From an uncultured Lachnospiraceae bacterium (lineage in GTDB: Bacteria > Bacillota > Clostridia > Lachnospirales > Lachnospiraceae), in assembly GCA_910578335.1 (NCBI GenBank), contig CAJTPU010000005.1, positions 68,595-132,594 on the forward strand: a stretch of DNA of 64,000 bases, in the 5' to 3' direction. Positions 62,804 through 64,000 of the stretch are shown in pieces. The stretch's first letter is position 1; every line of letters starts with the position of its first letter. The position numbers were made by a program, and so were the translations under genes. The notes beneath the pieces are model-generated. The model worked only from the letters and a program-made list of their open reading frames with translations, did not search any database and had not been told where the DNA came from.

Positions 62804-64000
62804 TTAAGCCTTCTGCAAATCATCCTCGTCAAACGCTTCACTGATGGGCGCTCCTGCCGGCACCATCGGAAACACCTTATCATCCTCGGGAATCACACAT
62901 TCAATTACAACCGGAGCCTGCATTGCAATTGCCTTTTCCAGCGCAGGCGCAAATTCCTCTTTCTTTGTCACCCGTATCGCCGTACAGCCAAGCCCCTCCG
63001 ATACCTTACAGAAATCCACCTTGTCATTCAGGACGGTCTGTGAATACCGGTGGTCATAAAACAGCGTCTGCCACTGGCGAACCATACCCAGCACATGATT
63101 ATTGATAATAACCTGTATAATCGGGATGTTGTACCGGCTTGCCGTCGCAAGCTCGTTCATATTCATACGGAAGCACCCGTCCCCCGCAATATTGATACAG
63201 ATTTTATCCGGCTGTCCTACCTTTGCGCCGATACATGCGCCAAGCCCATATCCCATGGTGCCGAGCCCGCCGGAAGAAAGGAAGGTACGCGGCTTTGTAT
63301 ATTTGTAATACTGCGCCGCCCACATCTGATGCTGTCCGACATCCGTACTGATAACCGCCTCCCCCTTCGTCACCCTGTCAATTTCCTCAATGACAAACGG
63401 ACAGGAAAGCTGGTTTGTATTGTATTTGAGCGGATATTTTTCCTGCAATTCACCGATATGCGCCATCCACTCCTTATGCTCTTTCTTTGCAAGCCTTACA
63501 TTCAGCTCGCGCAGCACACATTTTAAGTCGCCTGTCACGCTGGCATACGCCGGAATGTTTTTGCCAATTTCCGCCGCGTCGATATCAATGTGAAGCACCT
63601 TTGCATTTTTTGCAAAGGTTTTGGGATTGCCGATAACACGGTCGGAAAACCGTGCGCCGAGCGCAATCAGCAAATCACATTCACTGACGCCAAAATTGGA
63701 GGTTTTGGTTCCGTGCATCCCAATCATGCCCGTATACCGGCTGCTATGCCCGTCAAACGCACCCTTTCCCATCAGCGTATCGCAGACCGGTGCGTCTATC
63801 TTTTCTGCAAACTCCGCCACTTCTTCTGACGCCTCTGAAATAATGGCACCGCCGCCCAGATAAATAAAAGGTCTCTCTGCCTTTTCAATCAGGGAAACTG
63901 CTTCCTCCAAATCACTTTCCGTGTACCGTTTCACTTTTTGTGCTTCTTCGGGAGAAACCGGCGTGTACTCGCAGGTATTGGCTGTCACATCCTTTGTGAT
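62804..64000 (-). CDS. ilvB: Acetolactate synthase large subunit, C-terminal about 400 codons (the gene continues past the window end)
   Basis: TPP-binding GGLGTMGYGLGACIGAK...NIAGDGCFRMN. The frame is open to base 64000. Confidence 0.85.
   Translation of the reverse strand: MTKDVTANTCEYTPVSPEEAQKVKRYTESDLEEAVSLIEKAERPFIYLGGGAIISEASEEVAEFAEKIDAPVCDTLMGKGAFDGHSSRYTGMIGMHGTKTSNFGVSECDLLIALGARFSDRVIGNPKTFAKNAKVLHIDIDAAEIGKNIPAYASVTGDLKCVLRELNVRLAKKEHKEWMAHIGELQEKYPLKYNTNQLSCPFVIEEIDRVTKGEAVISTDVGQHQMWAAQYYKYTKPRTFLSSGGLGTMGYGLGACIGAKVGQPDKICINIAGDGCFRMNMNELATASRYNIPIIQVIINNHVLGMVRQWQTLFYDHRYSQTVLNDKVDFCKVSEGLGCTAIRVTKKEEFAPALEKAIAMQAPVVIECVIPEDDKVFPMVPAGAPISEAFDEDDLQKA

Overview
The window holds about 35 kb of a Clostridia-type prophage (1 to ~35.2 kb; its left end lies beyond the window start), followed by about 29 kb of ordinary host DNA. 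The taxon guess is inference from gene content. Prophage genes run almost entirely on the - strand, in this order: a partial tail-side gene, head-tail connector genes, an E-like major capsid, a DUF2190 decoration-like protein, a scaffold, an XkdF-like protein, a Mu-F/SPP1-gp7 head morphogenesis protein, portal, TerL, TerS and a ParB-like protein. An insertion follows. The order then continues with an orphan adenine methyltransferase, DUF488, an ArpU-like late regulator, a PAPS-reductase-like protein, DUF1351, RusA, a DnaC-like loader, a DnaD-like replisome organizer, a PD-(D/E)xK exonuclease with RecT, a SleB-like hydrolase and two Cro-side HTH genes. On the + strand come a CI-like repressor, an HTH gene overlapping a frameshifted PD-(D/E)xK nuclease gene, and a tyrosine integrase. 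The most unusual feature is a second integrative element of about 7.7 kb (about 11018-18767) nested inside the prophage late region, at the 3' end of the methyltransferase gene. It has a Tn916-Int-like integrase, an excisionase-type HTH, a winged-HTH protein and a full-length sigma-70-family factor. It also has three near-consensus sigma-A promoters, iterons next to a 15-bp-stem palindrome, a recurring TCTGGTAC motif, and a 1.2 kb non-coding tract packed with same-strand CCGCCC and ACAGGAAAAG motifs. One of its promoters carries the same CTCGCA operator-like motif, in the same spacer position, as the prophage early promoter and as an orphan antisense promoter in front of the ArpU gene. This suggests regulatory coupling between element and phage. 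The host part is ordinary: a GGGtGRT pair, topB, a degenerate-GGDEF/EAL protein, asd, argH, an ABC transporter, a repeat-rich zinc-ribbon membrane protein, tRNA-Thr(CGU), an MscS-type channel, glgB, DUF1015, an ECF sigma/anti-sigma/transglutaminase-like cluster, serA, serC, an L,D-transpeptidase and partial ilvB. All functional calls come from reading the translated ORFs and motifs by eye. No database search was run.
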